A stretch of DNA of 64,000 bases from positions 8,092,483 to 8,156,482 of the forward strand of contig SMSO01000032.1 of the NCBI GenBank assembly GCA_004764695.1, read 5' to 3'. This document shows positions 1-10,972 of this stretch, in pieces. Position numbers and translations under genes: made by a program. The stretch is from Schizochytrium sp. TIO01 (Eukaryota > Protista > Bigyra: Labyrinthulomycetes). The notes under the pieces were generated by a model. The model was not told where the DNA came from. It saw only the letters and a program-made list of their open reading frames with translations, and made no database searches. The stretch's first letter is position 1; every line of letters starts with the position of its first letter.

Positions 1-671
1 CCGTTCTGCTACGAAATGAACTTTTTAAAATAGCTACCCACGTTCCGCACAGCGCTCTCTCTTTGCTTATCTCAATATGATACAAATTGTCCATGAAGAG
101 TAATTGATAACATTGTAAGCGACCAACAATAATATAAAATAGGAGGCAATTTTCGTTCTAAAACTGATGATGTTCCAAGGGTGTTCTGGTGTTCTTTAGA
201 CGGTTAGATAGGAGAACCCTATGTTTAGCTATGTTTAGCTTATAAAGTTTTAAATTGGTATTACAGTTAGGCATCATAACATAACCTTTTCCATAAAATG
301 CAATTCATACATAAATTGCAATTCATAAATAAGACTTGCGGTGAAATATCTTTGCTAGCGTCGCCTCGTGTGTTGCCTTTGCTTTGAGACACTTACAAAT
401 TGCATGTAACGAGCAAGGATTACAAGATACCTTGGTTGTTTACAGTCTCCTGTACCTCCCACTTTTATTTAATTATAAAGTTTGTGGTGAATTGTGACTT
501 GCAAGAGCACTATTTATTTCTTTATTTATTCCAAAGAATGGTGGACAAAGTGACAGTGCAAAATGACAACAACTCCTACTTCCCCGTTTTTGCGGAGCTC
601 AAGCAGATAGAGGATACTTGACGACGAAAGATTTGGTCAGCAGACGCCTGCTCTTAAGGCGCCAAATCAGA

Positions 672-1796
672 ATGTCGCCGCTGGTGGCGGTGGCACGCCT
701 TGCAGACGCAGAAAAGCCCGATGAGGGTGCGCCGGACGCCTACGAACTTGTGGCGGCGGACCTTGAGTCACTTGTGGTGGATCTTGCGAAGGATGCCGTC
801 CTTGAGAATAATGGCGTTCCACAAATAAGGCCCCTTGCAAAAGGAGTGCTGCAAATATCATTTTCGAACGGTGAAGCCGGAGAAAAAGCCTTGCAGATCC
901 TCCAGGGTGCCAAAATGTCACCATCAGGAAAATCTCTTGTGCTTCAAGTGCGTAATCCACACTCCAGAAACCGCTCGAACGCAGCTCCAAAGAGGAAAGA
1001 TTTTGATGATGGCACGGCGAAAACAGACCCTAGTAACGCGGAAAAAATTGGGAAAGTAGCTAACGGAACGCAAAGCTTTCGAGAAGTCGAAACAATCCTA
1101 GGAAATCACCCTGAAATTCCTGGCTTGGTGATTATTGGAGACTTCGTAAGTCTCATAGAGGAAAACGAGCTTCTTGGCCGAGTTGATGAGGCTTGGGAAA
1201 GTCCTGTACATAGACACCAGCCTAAGAAACGCCGTGTGAGGCATTTTGGATACAAATTTGACTATGGCACCAGGCGTTGCGACAAATCAGACCCTATGGG
1301 TGCCTTTCCAACGTGGATGAACCCTATTGCAGACCGTGTGGCAGAGGAAGTTCGGAAACTTGGACCAACCTGCAATAGTTGGATTTGTGAGCAAGTCACA
1401 GCCAACGAGTACTTGCCTGGTCAAGGCATTCCTCCCCATGTAGATACACATTCAGCCTTCTACGACGGATTGGCAAGTTTGAGCCTTGGTGGCTCCAGTG
1501 TCATGCGATTCTGCCCAGATGGGCGACGTGATGCACCTATTGACGTGTACCTTCCGGGTCGTTCGCTTGTTATTATGAGTCGGGATGCACGTTATCGTTT
1601 TACCCATGGTATTCTGCAACGAAAGAGTGATCCGGTCGCAGGCTTAGGCATTGTGCCTCGAGAGAAGCGCGTTAGTTTAACGTTTCGTAGAGTTAAATCG
1701 TCTGCTGAATGCAGTCCCTGCCCTTGTCCATTGATGTGTGACCTTACTCCAGATATTGTCGATGAAGATAGTAGTAGCGATTTCTGTCAACCGTAG
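672..1796 (+). CDS. ALKBH8: ALKBH8-like 2OG-Fe(II) dioxygenase (degenerate RRM + AlkB + Cys-rich tail, no methyltransferase domain)
   Basis: Motifs RRVRHFGYKFDY, QVTANEYLPGQGIPPHVD (HxD), distal His in FTHGI, RVSLTFR and C-terminal CSPCPCPLMCD. First ATG is at 672 (the ORF track starts at TTG 618). Confidence 0.85.
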   Translation: MSPLVAVARLADAEKPDEGAPDAYELVAADLESLVVDLAKDAVLENNGVPQIRPLAKGVLQISFSNGEAGEKALQILQGAKMSPSGKSLVLQVRNPHSRNRSNAAPKRKDFDDGTAKTDPSNAEKIGKVANGTQSFREVETILGNHPEIPGLVIIGDFVSLIEENELLGRVDEAWESPVHRHQPKKRRVRHFGYKFDYGTRRCDKSDPMGAFPTWMNPIADRVAEEVRKLGPTCNSWICEQVTANEYLPGQGIPPHVDTHSAFYDGLASLSLGGSSVMRFCPDGRRDAPIDVYLPGRSLVIMSRDARYRFTHGILQRKSDPVAGLGIVPREKRVSLTFRRVKSSAECSPCPCPLMCDLTPDIVDEDSSSDFCQP

Positions 1797-2486
1797 GCGG
1801 GGATTTTGATTAATATTAACAAATAGCTATAGCTGCTCGTGTGTAAATCCCAATAAGCACGTCAAGTGTTAGCCATTTTAAGTATCAGGAGGTATATCTC
1901 ATGTTCGGTTAGTATGTCTTTTTTTAGTGTTGTATAGGGAATGGATAATTATTTTGAGGTTTATGAACTTTTAAAGGGAAGACTTTTGTATACAAAAAAG
2001 CGATAGATAGCGGAATCACATTATCCTAAAAAGTATTTAAAGATTTTGAGAATTAGTAGATTGACTGATAACTATTTGATTTCTTTATTGCTCTAGTTTT
2101 TAATAGAAGGGAATGTCAAGAAGGGAATTTCCTCTTTTGAAGTATTGATTACAGCTAAGTTAAATCTTTACTTTCCATTGCCATATGTTCTCATCCGAGT
2201 GTTTCTCATTTGAAGTTTTGTTTTGAGTACTTAGGTTTCTTACTTACTATTTAAAGTCTCCAAAGTTTAGCTCGTCGCCATTGTTTTTTCCGAATTAGAC
2301 GAACAAGCACCAAATCTGAATTGCGAGGCCGAGACTACAACTGGAATACACCCATGGCGTGAGTTTCTAAGCAAATAGTTCTAGAGCGGCAGCGGAAGTA
2401 TATTTTTTTGCTTGCTTATAAAACAAAAAGAAAAGTAGATATGTGGAATTCAGCAAACACAATCAAAATAAATGATGTAAGGCGTG

Positions 2487-2514
2487 AAAGAAAGAAAGAA
2501 AGAAAGAAAGAAAA
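2487..2514. repeat. short (AAAG)n microsatellite
   Basis: aaagaaagaaagaaagaaagaaag seen directly downstream of the ATG18 stop. Confidence 0.8.
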
Positions 2515-2759
2515 AACTCATGTTTACATGCGGAGATTGTTCTGGATAATTACTCACAATAGTATAACGCAAGAAAGAAGAAAGCCTGTGGCCATTATAC
2601 ATCATCAACATATCGTGTCCACGAAGAAAGAAATCAATAGTGAAAAAAAAAGAACACGAACGATGATGCCAAAGATCCACAAAGCACAAGTCTTTTAATC
2701 CACTCGTTAGTCCACTACCCTCACCAATTGTTAAGTGACCACTCCGCAGGTTTCACTGA

Positions 2760-3911
2760 TTAGGACGGAAAGATGGACGAGAGGAAGACGCGCTCGTGTG
2801 AGCCGCTCACTGGATCAAAAATAAATTGTGAAAATGATCCATCATAGCCGGCTACTAAGATAGAATTTGGCTTGGAGCCAAACGAACAAATAGTCATTGT
2901 TTGCTGTACAGGGAAGCGGACTGCACTGCGGCGAGTCTCGGTTGTGAAGTACTTCGGAAGGTACTCGCTAAGGTTATCGCGTAGCATGGTTTGTGCCTGA
3001 CCGGCAATATTGACGAGATTCTTAGGCAATGATGAGGAAAGACCAGCATGGTCGTTACCAGTACTATCTCCTGCTGTTGATGAGCCTAGCCCAGAATTTC
3101 CTGATAGAGCTGCGCTAGTTGCCTGGGCTGCTGCCACACCATTTACCTCAAATACATGCACTGTACACTTGTCGCTCGTGCAGGCAAGCAACGTGTTTGT
3201 GTGATTAAAGCAAATGGAGTATATGCAAGCACCATCAGTGCCACGCCGTAACTCGTGAAGCAGCGCACCAGTTCGAGCAACAAACACCCGGATCAGAGTA
3301 CCTCGCTCCGAAGCCGACGCAACCATTGCACCATCGCGTGATACAGCCAGTGCGTAGATGTCAGTCTCATGAGCCTGAATCGTGTGGGACGCTTCTACTT
3401 CACTCTCCCCAAGAATCTCCACCTGAATGCTACCACGTGCAGTGCCGGGGAATACCAGCACACGATTCTGCTGCTCAAGACTCAGGCCACAAAGTCCCTT
3501 TGGGTTAGGTGCTGTGTCAAAGCTGTGCCGGACGCGAAGGTCCACAAAATTGTACACGAAGACGTTTTTCTCCAGAACCATAACGACAATATCCTTGCGC
3601 ATACGTACACCTTTGACAGGACTCTGGAAACCTACTTCGCCAACGCAGCGTTTCTTGGAGTCATCCCAAAGCATAACCTTGTTTACAGGCCAATGTGGGC
3701 AGCTTCCACCACCCACGAGGGCTAAAATGTTGCTTCTGTAAAGCAACTCCACACCGCCCACGCCACCAGTCTCAAATTTGCGTCGAGTGCCTTCGGCGAA
3801 TGGTTCTGTATTGAACGTGCAGAAACCATCGTCCATGCCCGCTAAGACGCAACTGCTGTCCTGATTGAACCCCAGGAAGAGCAAAGTGCTACGATTGCTC
3901 GGTCTGTTCAT
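2760..3911 (-). CDS. ATG18: PROPPIN WD40 autophagy protein ATG18/WIPI3-4 (WDR45-like)
   Basis: FNQDSSC start, ILALVGGG..WP.NKVMLWDD, ASASERGTLIRVF, phosphoinositide-binding ELRRG motif, SDKCTVHVF. First ATG is at 3911. Confidence 0.93.
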   Translation of the reverse strand: MNRPSNRSTLLFLGFNQDSSCVLAGMDDGFCTFNTEPFAEGTRRKFETGGVGGVELLYRSNILALVGGGSCPHWPVNKVMLWDDSKKRCVGEVGFQSPVKGVRMRKDIVVMVLEKNVFVYNFVDLRVRHSFDTAPNPKGLCGLSLEQQNRVLVFPGTARGSIQVEILGESEVEASHTIQAHETDIYALAVSRDGAMVASASERGTLIRVFVARTGALLHELRRGTDGACIYSICFNHTNTLLACTSDKCTVHVFEVNGVAAAQATSAALSGNSGLGSSTAGDSTGNDHAGLSSSLPKNLVNIAGQAQTMLRDNLSEYLPKYFTTETRRSAVRFPVQQTMTICSFGSKPNSILVAGYDGSFSQFIFDPVSGSHERVFLSSIFPS

Positions 3912-4588
3912 ATTGAAGAAAGAACCAAACTCACGACCTTTCTTCAAGCAACAACTTGGCCTCGCGATACCTCGTGAAACTGATTTACCACTGAGGAAAC
4001 TAGAATGCCTGCGCCGGTAACTCCGAGGTGTTTAAACTAGGCAGCTCTTTACACCAAGCCAAGTTCGGCCACGACGGAAACGGAGTTGCCAACGAGCTGG
4101 TTGTGACGGACGACACGTATCAATCTGAAGATGTACGCCTGAAGAAGAGAGAAAAGCTTGATTGATACCCGCAGGGCCAGATACGGAGCCCAAGGTGGAA
4201 CCGGCGCGTCGAAGTAATCAGTCCCCTGCTCCGGCCGCCCTGCCGCAGAGAGCCTCCTCGATGGCGTTATGTCCGGCAGGAAGAAGACCGGAGAAAGAAG
4301 CAAGCAGACAGAAAGGGTGGAAAACTTGAAAGCGAAACAATCGTTTTCAATCAGCATAATAATAAATCAATCATAAATACCTAATAATTGAACAAAGAGA
4401 ATTATTTCACTTCGTTCTTTCGTTCTCTTTTAGTAAGCAACGCGATGGAGGTCTGTAACAAACGCCTAAGTACTGAGCCTCGCACTCGTCCGGTCTTCGG
4501 CTATCGCTACCTATCGAGGTACCTCCCCAACAATAGACTTGCCAATACCTGAATACTTTTCTTCGGTCAGCTATATTTATTTTCCCAT

Positions 4589-4620
4589 CGCTCGCTTTGT
4601 TCAACGCTCGCTTTGTTCAA
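4589..4620. repeat. perfect 16-bp tandem duplication (cgctcgctttgttcaa)x2
   Basis: Seen directly in intergenic DNA. Confidence 0.85.
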
Positions 4621-5503
4621 CTCAAGATGAATCTGGGTTTTGGCTGAGTTAACTGAAAACTTGGCAATTTGCCAGGCAATTTAATAGCTTCTTGGGCAAT
4701 GGCCACTCATCGACCGCAACAATTGCCCAAAGGTACATGTGCTCCAGGGAAGGAGAGTTGGCATCGGTTTGTGTTTGGAATTCGAGCTAGGGTTATTTCC
4801 TTTGTAGCTAGCTCTAGAGAGAGATAGTAATGCCTGTTTACTACCTTGGTAGAATGTGTTCTAATCGTTCTCGCAGACGCAACGGTGAAGAGCCACAGAA
4901 GAGAGCCGCCTCTTGTCTCGGGTGGCAGTTTCGAGGTGAGGGCTACCTACTGTAAGTGACAACAGGTAATCTCGCAAAATAATGAGTCCATTTTGAGCTA
5001 GGATAATGAATGACGAGTATTGCGAGAGGTTTCTATTATGAGTCGGTTGTGATGAATTTATAAGGTTCAGGAAGTGTCCATGGAGGGAGTTTTGAAGCTA
5101 ACAAACACACACAAGGTTGGTAAGGTGTATTCTTATTTCTTTGATGAGTGAAATATGAAGTGAATGAAAATATGAATGCAGAGGATACGCTTTGGTCATA
5201 TAATCTCTTATCAATGCCGAAGAGCCAAAAAGTTGAAACATTTGCCGCCGATAATTCACTTTCCACTATCGCAGAGTGAACGTGCGGATATTCCTTTAAT
5301 TCCTAAGCAGATGATTTTCCTGAATTGTAATTTACCTTTTAAATACAACTTATGGGGGTGTGAACGAATTGAGGCCGTTCTTCTAAAGAAAAGGTGCTTT
5401 ACCATGTTCACGAAAATCTAACTTCTACTAACACAAAAGAAACCGATCGCGCCAAAGCATAATGTCAGGGGAAATGCGCCGACACAGCCCTGATATTTTG
5501 TCA

Positions 5504-7006
5504 CTAGCGCCCGAATAAACTTCGACTTTGCTTTTTTGACTTTCCCATAAGCCGAGCCATGCGCGAGTTAGCCTGATTTTTCAAGCGAATCCGCTCGCGA
5601 TCGTTTGCCAAAACACGATGGAGATCAGTTTGCGCAACTTCAACGGCCACACGAGCCTTGTTATCACCCTGGACACGTTGGAATACTCGAGCTGCTGGGC
5701 CAGCCGCAGATGAAGAAGGTAAGGACGAAGATAAAACTTGAGCTTGACTTGAATTCTGAGCCTGCGAGTTACTTGCGGAAGGGGGTTGTAAAGAGGCATC
5801 AGCTTTCGAAGAACTTGCGCCTCTTGAGGAGACTGCAAAAGGGTTCGTAACGGCCCCTCGAGAACTACGTACAACAGAAGATACAGACGTTGCAGAAGAC
5901 GCAGAATTAGAGCTCGCTACTTTGGCGAGCTTGGAAGTGCCAGATTCAGCTTCAGCGTCGGTAGGACGCGACCTTTTTGGAATCTCCGGAGTTCGTGAAC
6001 TCAAAATTGTTAACTTTTCATGACCATAGTTTTCTGTGCTCGATATAAGATGAAAGCTATAAAATTCACGTACACGAGCTTTACGAGCCTCATCCTTGGC
6101 CCAGGAAATACCAGCCATAGAATTACTAGCAAAAACCTGGCGAGCTCGAAGTGCCTCTGCAAAGCCAAAGTTAGGGCCGCGCTGGCGAAAGCGGCGGCCC
6201 TTGAAAGGAATCGCAGGTGCACGATCCATGTCAGACCTTGCTAATGTGCACACAAGATACTTGACAAGATCCAAAGAGTTAACAGAGTCTTCGATTGAGT
6301 CGTGAACTCCTCCGCGATCAGAGCGGTCCATGCTTCTCCCCAGAACCGTCTCTGAAAGGTAACTGAGACTGTGGAGCCTGTCAAAGGTAGGACCAGTCAA
6401 AGTAATGTCAAGAACAGGGTAAAGAAAGCTGGTGTCGATGACGAGATCATGACGAAAGCCAAGTGCCAGGAGGTCGTGATCCAAAGCATGGCCCATGAGC
6501 ACAGTTTCCGCACAACAAAGTTCCGCAAATCGTCGCTGAGCCTCTCGTACGGTGACACCCTTTTCCACTAAATCGTCTTTACAAAGTCCTGTGATTCTTG
6601 TGCGGCAGTCCACAATATAGGTTGGCTCGCAGGGTAAAACGAAAACGTCAAGAACTTGGCGACCCTCCACGTCTACCACACTGACCCGAGCCAAAGCCAT
6701 ATCATTGCCCGTGGTCTCGATCATCTCGCAATCAAAAGCTAAAGCAAGATGGGTCCCCGGTGGTAAAGCCCCGTCGTTGCCTCTTTTGCGGCAGAATTCG
6801 TGGTCCTCGAGCGGCGAGAGACCTTTCAGTTGACTCACGTAGTTCTCTTGCCAAGATGGATGCTCACGGCACTGTGAGATGAGCCGTTTCCGCAGAGGGT
6901 GTCGTGGGTCACAGAGTGAAAGCTCAGCCTCTGCATGAAGCCGGGCTTGCACACTCGCCTCCCATCGCGCGAAGCAGCCTTCGACCTCCCGGCGAGCGAG
7001 GAACAT
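5504..7006 (-). CDS. REX1/REXO1-like DEDDh 3'-5' RNA exonuclease with Ser-rich low-complexity C-terminus
   Basis: ExoI AFDCEM, LARVSVVD, TRITG, ExoII GHALDHDL..L, VIDTS, ExoIII HDSIEDS. The start is uncertain (ATG 7006); an upstream exon is possible. Confidence 0.85.
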   Translation of the reverse strand: MFLARREVEGCFARWEASVQARLHAEAELSLCDPRHPLRKRLISQCREHPSWQENYVSQLKGLSPLEDHEFCRKRGNDGALPPGTHLALAFDCEMIETTGNDMALARVSVVDVEGRQVLDVFVLPCEPTYIVDCRTRITGLCKDDLVEKGVTVREAQRRFAELCCAETVLMGHALDHDLLALGFRHDLVIDTSFLYPVLDITLTGPTFDRLHSLSYLSETVLGRSMDRSDRGGVHDSIEDSVNSLDLVKYLVCTLARSDMDRAPAIPFKGRRFRQRGPNFGFAEALRARQVFASNSMAGISWAKDEARKARVREFYSFHLISSTENYGHEKLTILSSRTPEIPKRSRPTDAEAESGTSKLAKVASSNSASSATSVSSVVRSSRGAVTNPFAVSSRGASSSKADASLQPPSASNSQAQNSSQAQVLSSSLPSSSAAGPAARVFQRVQGDNKARVAVEVAQTDLHRVLANDRERIRLKNQANSRMARLMGKSKKQSRSLFGR

Positions 7007-7543
7007 CCTGGCAATTGTTGTTCTGGTCTCACGCACTTCGAATGTATTTTATTTTATTAATTTTATTATTAATTTTGCTGAAAATGAACGGATTGGATGA
7101 TCCAAATAAAGGAACAACAGGAAGGGACACTCAGTGCGAAAGCAAATATGTTACTGATTGGCAATCAGAAGACTGAATAGAATTGGTAGAAGGGTGTAAA
7201 TGAAAGTAAACTGAAGAGACAAAGTATTTTTCTCTGCTCGCCCAGACGTTTGAAATGAAAAAGAGGTGCACATCTGATTACATCAAGCTAGCACCAGAAG
7301 AATCTTATTTAAATTTTAAAAAAGGAAAATTGCAAAGCAAGTTTAGATTCATTTAGCAGAGCTGGCCACTAAAGAAACAAATTTTTGAAGGTGATCGATT
7401 GTTAAAGTATACCTGGGTTTGGTAGGAACTGCTATAGATCACGTGTGGTTTGCATAAATGAAGGCATGCTTTGAGCTTAAAGTTACAAAGTTGAGGTCGG
7501 TTCATACTCAGCAAATAGAAAACATTGTTGCTTTCTAGTACAC

Positions 7544-8752
7544 TTACACGACTGCAATTGCTGTAAATGATGGAGAATGCGGTGAATCCTTGCCAGGTTC
7601 GGCGAGATCCTCATTAGGTCTTGGGCAATGCAATTTATTTTCATTCGCAGGCACCGATGAAGCGGACTCTACTGGCTTTGGGGATGTCTCTTCTCTAATT
7701 TGAAGCATAATCGGGCGGAAAATGAGCAAAAAGCTAAAGTAAACAACAAGAATAAACATGATAGCGCGAAGACAATAGTACGCAAGTCGGCCAGAACTTG
7801 TCTCAACAGGAATGCCAGTGTATCCCACAACAGTGAGAATAATACCACAGAAAACTACGCAAAGAACCATGTACTCCACAGGCCTGAAAAGCTTGAGTTG
7901 ACGATCGAGAGCAATTTTAATTTGTTTTGCTGCTGAAGGCCCCTCTGTGAAAGTTGACTGCGCAGACTTCACCTCTGACTCGAGGCTTTGGACAGATTGG
8001 TTCACACGATGAGAGACCATGTGAACCCGAGCCACATAAAAACAACCTAGCACAAAAGGAATCAAATTTATGATAAATGCTGCCCAACCGAAGAAATCAC
8101 TAAATGTGCAAACTGTGTATATTTGCTCGTTGGTTTGGCAGCATTCATACTTGATTTCAGGTCGGGTTTCCTGTACGCTCATCATGACAACAATGAGAGT
8201 TAACTCGAGCACAATAATGCCTGCAAAGAAGAACTTTAGGCGCTGATCGCGCTCGTGTGCCTTTTCAGGTGTTTGATAGTGGCGTAGCTTATGCAAAGGT
8301 TGTGTCGGGTCATTGGAGAGAGCGAAAAAGTGGTATAAATGGAATACTTTAGACAACAGAGCACCACCAACCAAGCCAAAACCAAGGGCTAAAAACCATG
8401 GCTTTACATAGCAAAGAGGTATGCTTGATTCGAGGGGCCACATCAGTAATCCAAGTAATAGAAAGAAAAATCCAAAAAGCGTTCCAGCCGCAAATGTTCC
8501 CGAAGTCATCATTATCTTCGTGTGGCGATTCCGAAAAAAGTAAGCCAGAAGGCTGGCAATTATCGCAATAGTGATCACACCGATGACGAGGAATAAGATC
8601 TCTGAGACTGTCTTGTAAGGCGTCACGTCTACGAAGAACTCATCAGTGATCGAGAAGCTACCGTCTCCATTCGAATGGTTGCGGCATTCCTGAACATCAA
8701 TGATTCGTGGGTCCTCCAAGCCACTGTACACGAGCTCTGTGCAAAAGGTCAT
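7544..8752 (-). CDS. class C (7tm_3 / GABA-B-like) seven-transmembrane receptor with short ectodomain
   Basis: Seven hydrophobic segments. TM3 CYVKPWFLALGFGLVGGALLSKV matches the class C pattern C..W...GF.L..G.L..K, with Cys in ECL2 and Pro at the end of TM7. An in-frame stop lies at 8822-8824 upstream, and the first ATG is at 8752. Confidence 0.72.
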   Translation of the reverse strand: MTFCTELVYSGLEDPRIIDVQECRNHSNGDGSFSITDEFFVDVTPYKTVSEILFLVIGVITIAIIASLLAYFFRNRHTKIMMTSGTFAAGTLFGFFFLLLGLLMWPLESSIPLCYVKPWFLALGFGLVGGALLSKVFHLYHFFALSNDPTQPLHKLRHYQTPEKAHERDQRLKFFFAGIIVLELTLIVVMMSVQETRPEIKYECCQTNEQIYTVCTFSDFFGWAAFIINLIPFVLGCFYVARVHMVSHRVNQSVQSLESEVKSAQSTFTEGPSAAKQIKIALDRQLKLFRPVEYMVLCVVFCGIILTVVGYTGIPVETSSGRLAYYCLRAIMFILVVYFSFLLIFRPIMLQIREETSPKPVESASSVPANENKLHCPRPNEDLAEPGKDSPHSPSFTAIAVV

Positions 8753-10972
8753 CTTCACCTCAGCCCGCGGCCTTCCTTCGCCCAACTTATACGCACGCCT
8801 CCACCGATGGCTTGCGAAACCTCAAGTACTTGGTACCTACTCTGAGCAGTGCCTTGCTTGGGTATCAATTAAAGTTCCGATGTGCGCCTCTTGCACTGTA
8901 GTTCACTGTCAAACTTGGTTGCCCTAGGGAACCTCGACCAAATATGCTCTCTCCCAGCAGCCACGGCAGTCGCCTCCGCCACGGCAGAGTTGCAAGTTTG
9001 TTTGCCTGGCCAACGCATAGCTAGGTGGCTATCAGAAACCAAAATCCGAGCCCTCCACCAAAGACAAAGACAAGAAAGCGGCGATCCCGCTGGCTCTGGC
9101 TTAGCTGACGTAAGCTGACGTCAAGTCCCAACTTTGCGGCGCCTCCTACCAGACCGCGCGCAACGCAGTCGATAGTCCTTGCTACCGAATGATGTAAGAC
9201 TCGAATTACATGAAAGGGTGGTGCGTCCGTACAGGAATAAAGTCCTGCTTCATCAACTCTGACTGACAATTAATTGTAAAGTTAAAGGGAAACCAATGAA
9301 AGCACAAGAGAGAGCAAACAAAGCATACGGTTCACCTTGCGGAATTGCAGCCTTGGAGTTTGGTGGTTTGCGAGATCTTGAGGTTTCCGAAGAGGTTTGA
9401 TTGCGACCTTTAGGATAGACTTTGGGCCAGTGAAGGAGTGAAGTGGTTGATGGACGGAAGGTCATGACTGATCGTGGCGTTTTGGAATTAAGAACTGGCG
9501 GCGATGGGTTCAGAGACAGCAGAGAACGATGTGGCGAAACTTGCAAAGCACACTTAAAGCTTGGAAGTCAATCTCTAAAGTATCAGCGAAAAGCGCTTTA
9601 GATTGCAGATTAATTGCACAGCATGAGGACTGGTTCTGGGAGGAGGTAATACTGTCATCGTATTGCCATGTTAGCCAAACAACTAGAGCGAGACTCGCGC
9701 ATAAGCCACATGCACGGCAACCTCGAGTTGCTGGGCGTACGCAGCGATTCTATGTTCGAGAAATGAAACTCGGGCGCCACGACTGCAAGGATGCAAGTTA
9801 CTCTTCAAACCCGCTCCGCCGCATGGACAAAGGCGACTTCCGTCGATACCTATCATTGTGTATTACCCCTGCTTTGCGAAAATGTCTCATCGTGAACAAA
9901 ACAACCACGTGTTATTACACATCTCACCTTGCGAAGTAAACAAACAGAGTAACTCGCTCCTTTTGTTGAGGCGACGATGTTCTTCTACACAGAAAGTCAT
10001 GCTTTCCACAAAGTTGTGCCATCTGTCCATACAGTGCGTTGTGACTTTCGCATAGATAGGAGCGCCATGGCCCCAAATGGTGTCCATTTTAGAGTCGATG
10101 AGATGATCCTTGTCATGCTGCACAAACCAGCACTAGAAAGTCGACCAGGACGAACGCGCTACATTGGATTCCTCCTGTCAACTTCTGGGGCTTAATCTTC
10201 TCCTCCGCAGCAATTTGGCCAACTTTGAGCCTCGAAGCTTTGGAGAGCGCAAGTCTGTCGATTGCAAAACACAAACACAAAGAGTACCTCATATTCCAAC
10301 AACCAGCGTGCACATAACACAAACCTACGATGCTTTATTTGTCATTTGACACTGGTACCTAGTACCCGCCTGTGCAACGCCGCGAAATGGACAACAAGCG
10401 GAGGTTTGTAGAGTGGGCATCATCGTGTATGATTGATTGGATAGGCAAGCAGGCCCTTGTGCTCCTAGGTGCCAGCGCTGTCACTGGTTGACGCAAGTTC
10501 TCCTGGCACAAGTCATCCTGTGGGTGCCCCAGAATCTTTAGCTTCAATAAGACCTCATGCCTCGGTGCAAGGTCACAAGTATCAAGCTCGCTTGCACACG
10601 CCACCTCCAAAAGTGGCGCAGCTCGAGCAAATTGTATCGACGACTCACGTGGCTTGCTTTTAGTGTGCACATGCCTACTATCGTAATACTAAGAGGTGCT
10701 CTCCATAGTAGTTTTAATTAACAGGAGTGAGTCCCTCTAAGTGGAAAGTGGATTGGACTTGGAGACATGTGCACAACCGAACTGCGTCCAACTCGAGGCA
10801 GACTCCCGGAGTGTCCGGTAGAGAAAGAAAGCGTGTGGAAACCAATAGAGGAGTACAAGCAAAACAGTTTCGCCCCAGACCTCCGACACAGGGGCCTTGT
10901 GTTTAGTCAGCGACGCATGTGTAAGGAAGCTCTGCGGCAATCGTGTTTGTTATCGGGGAAGGAGTTTACGCC

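Noticed and set aside
9021-10670. Many short ORFs between the two 7TM genes
   Set aside because: No recognisable motifs, mostly non-ATG starts, and no convincing splice path into either neighbour
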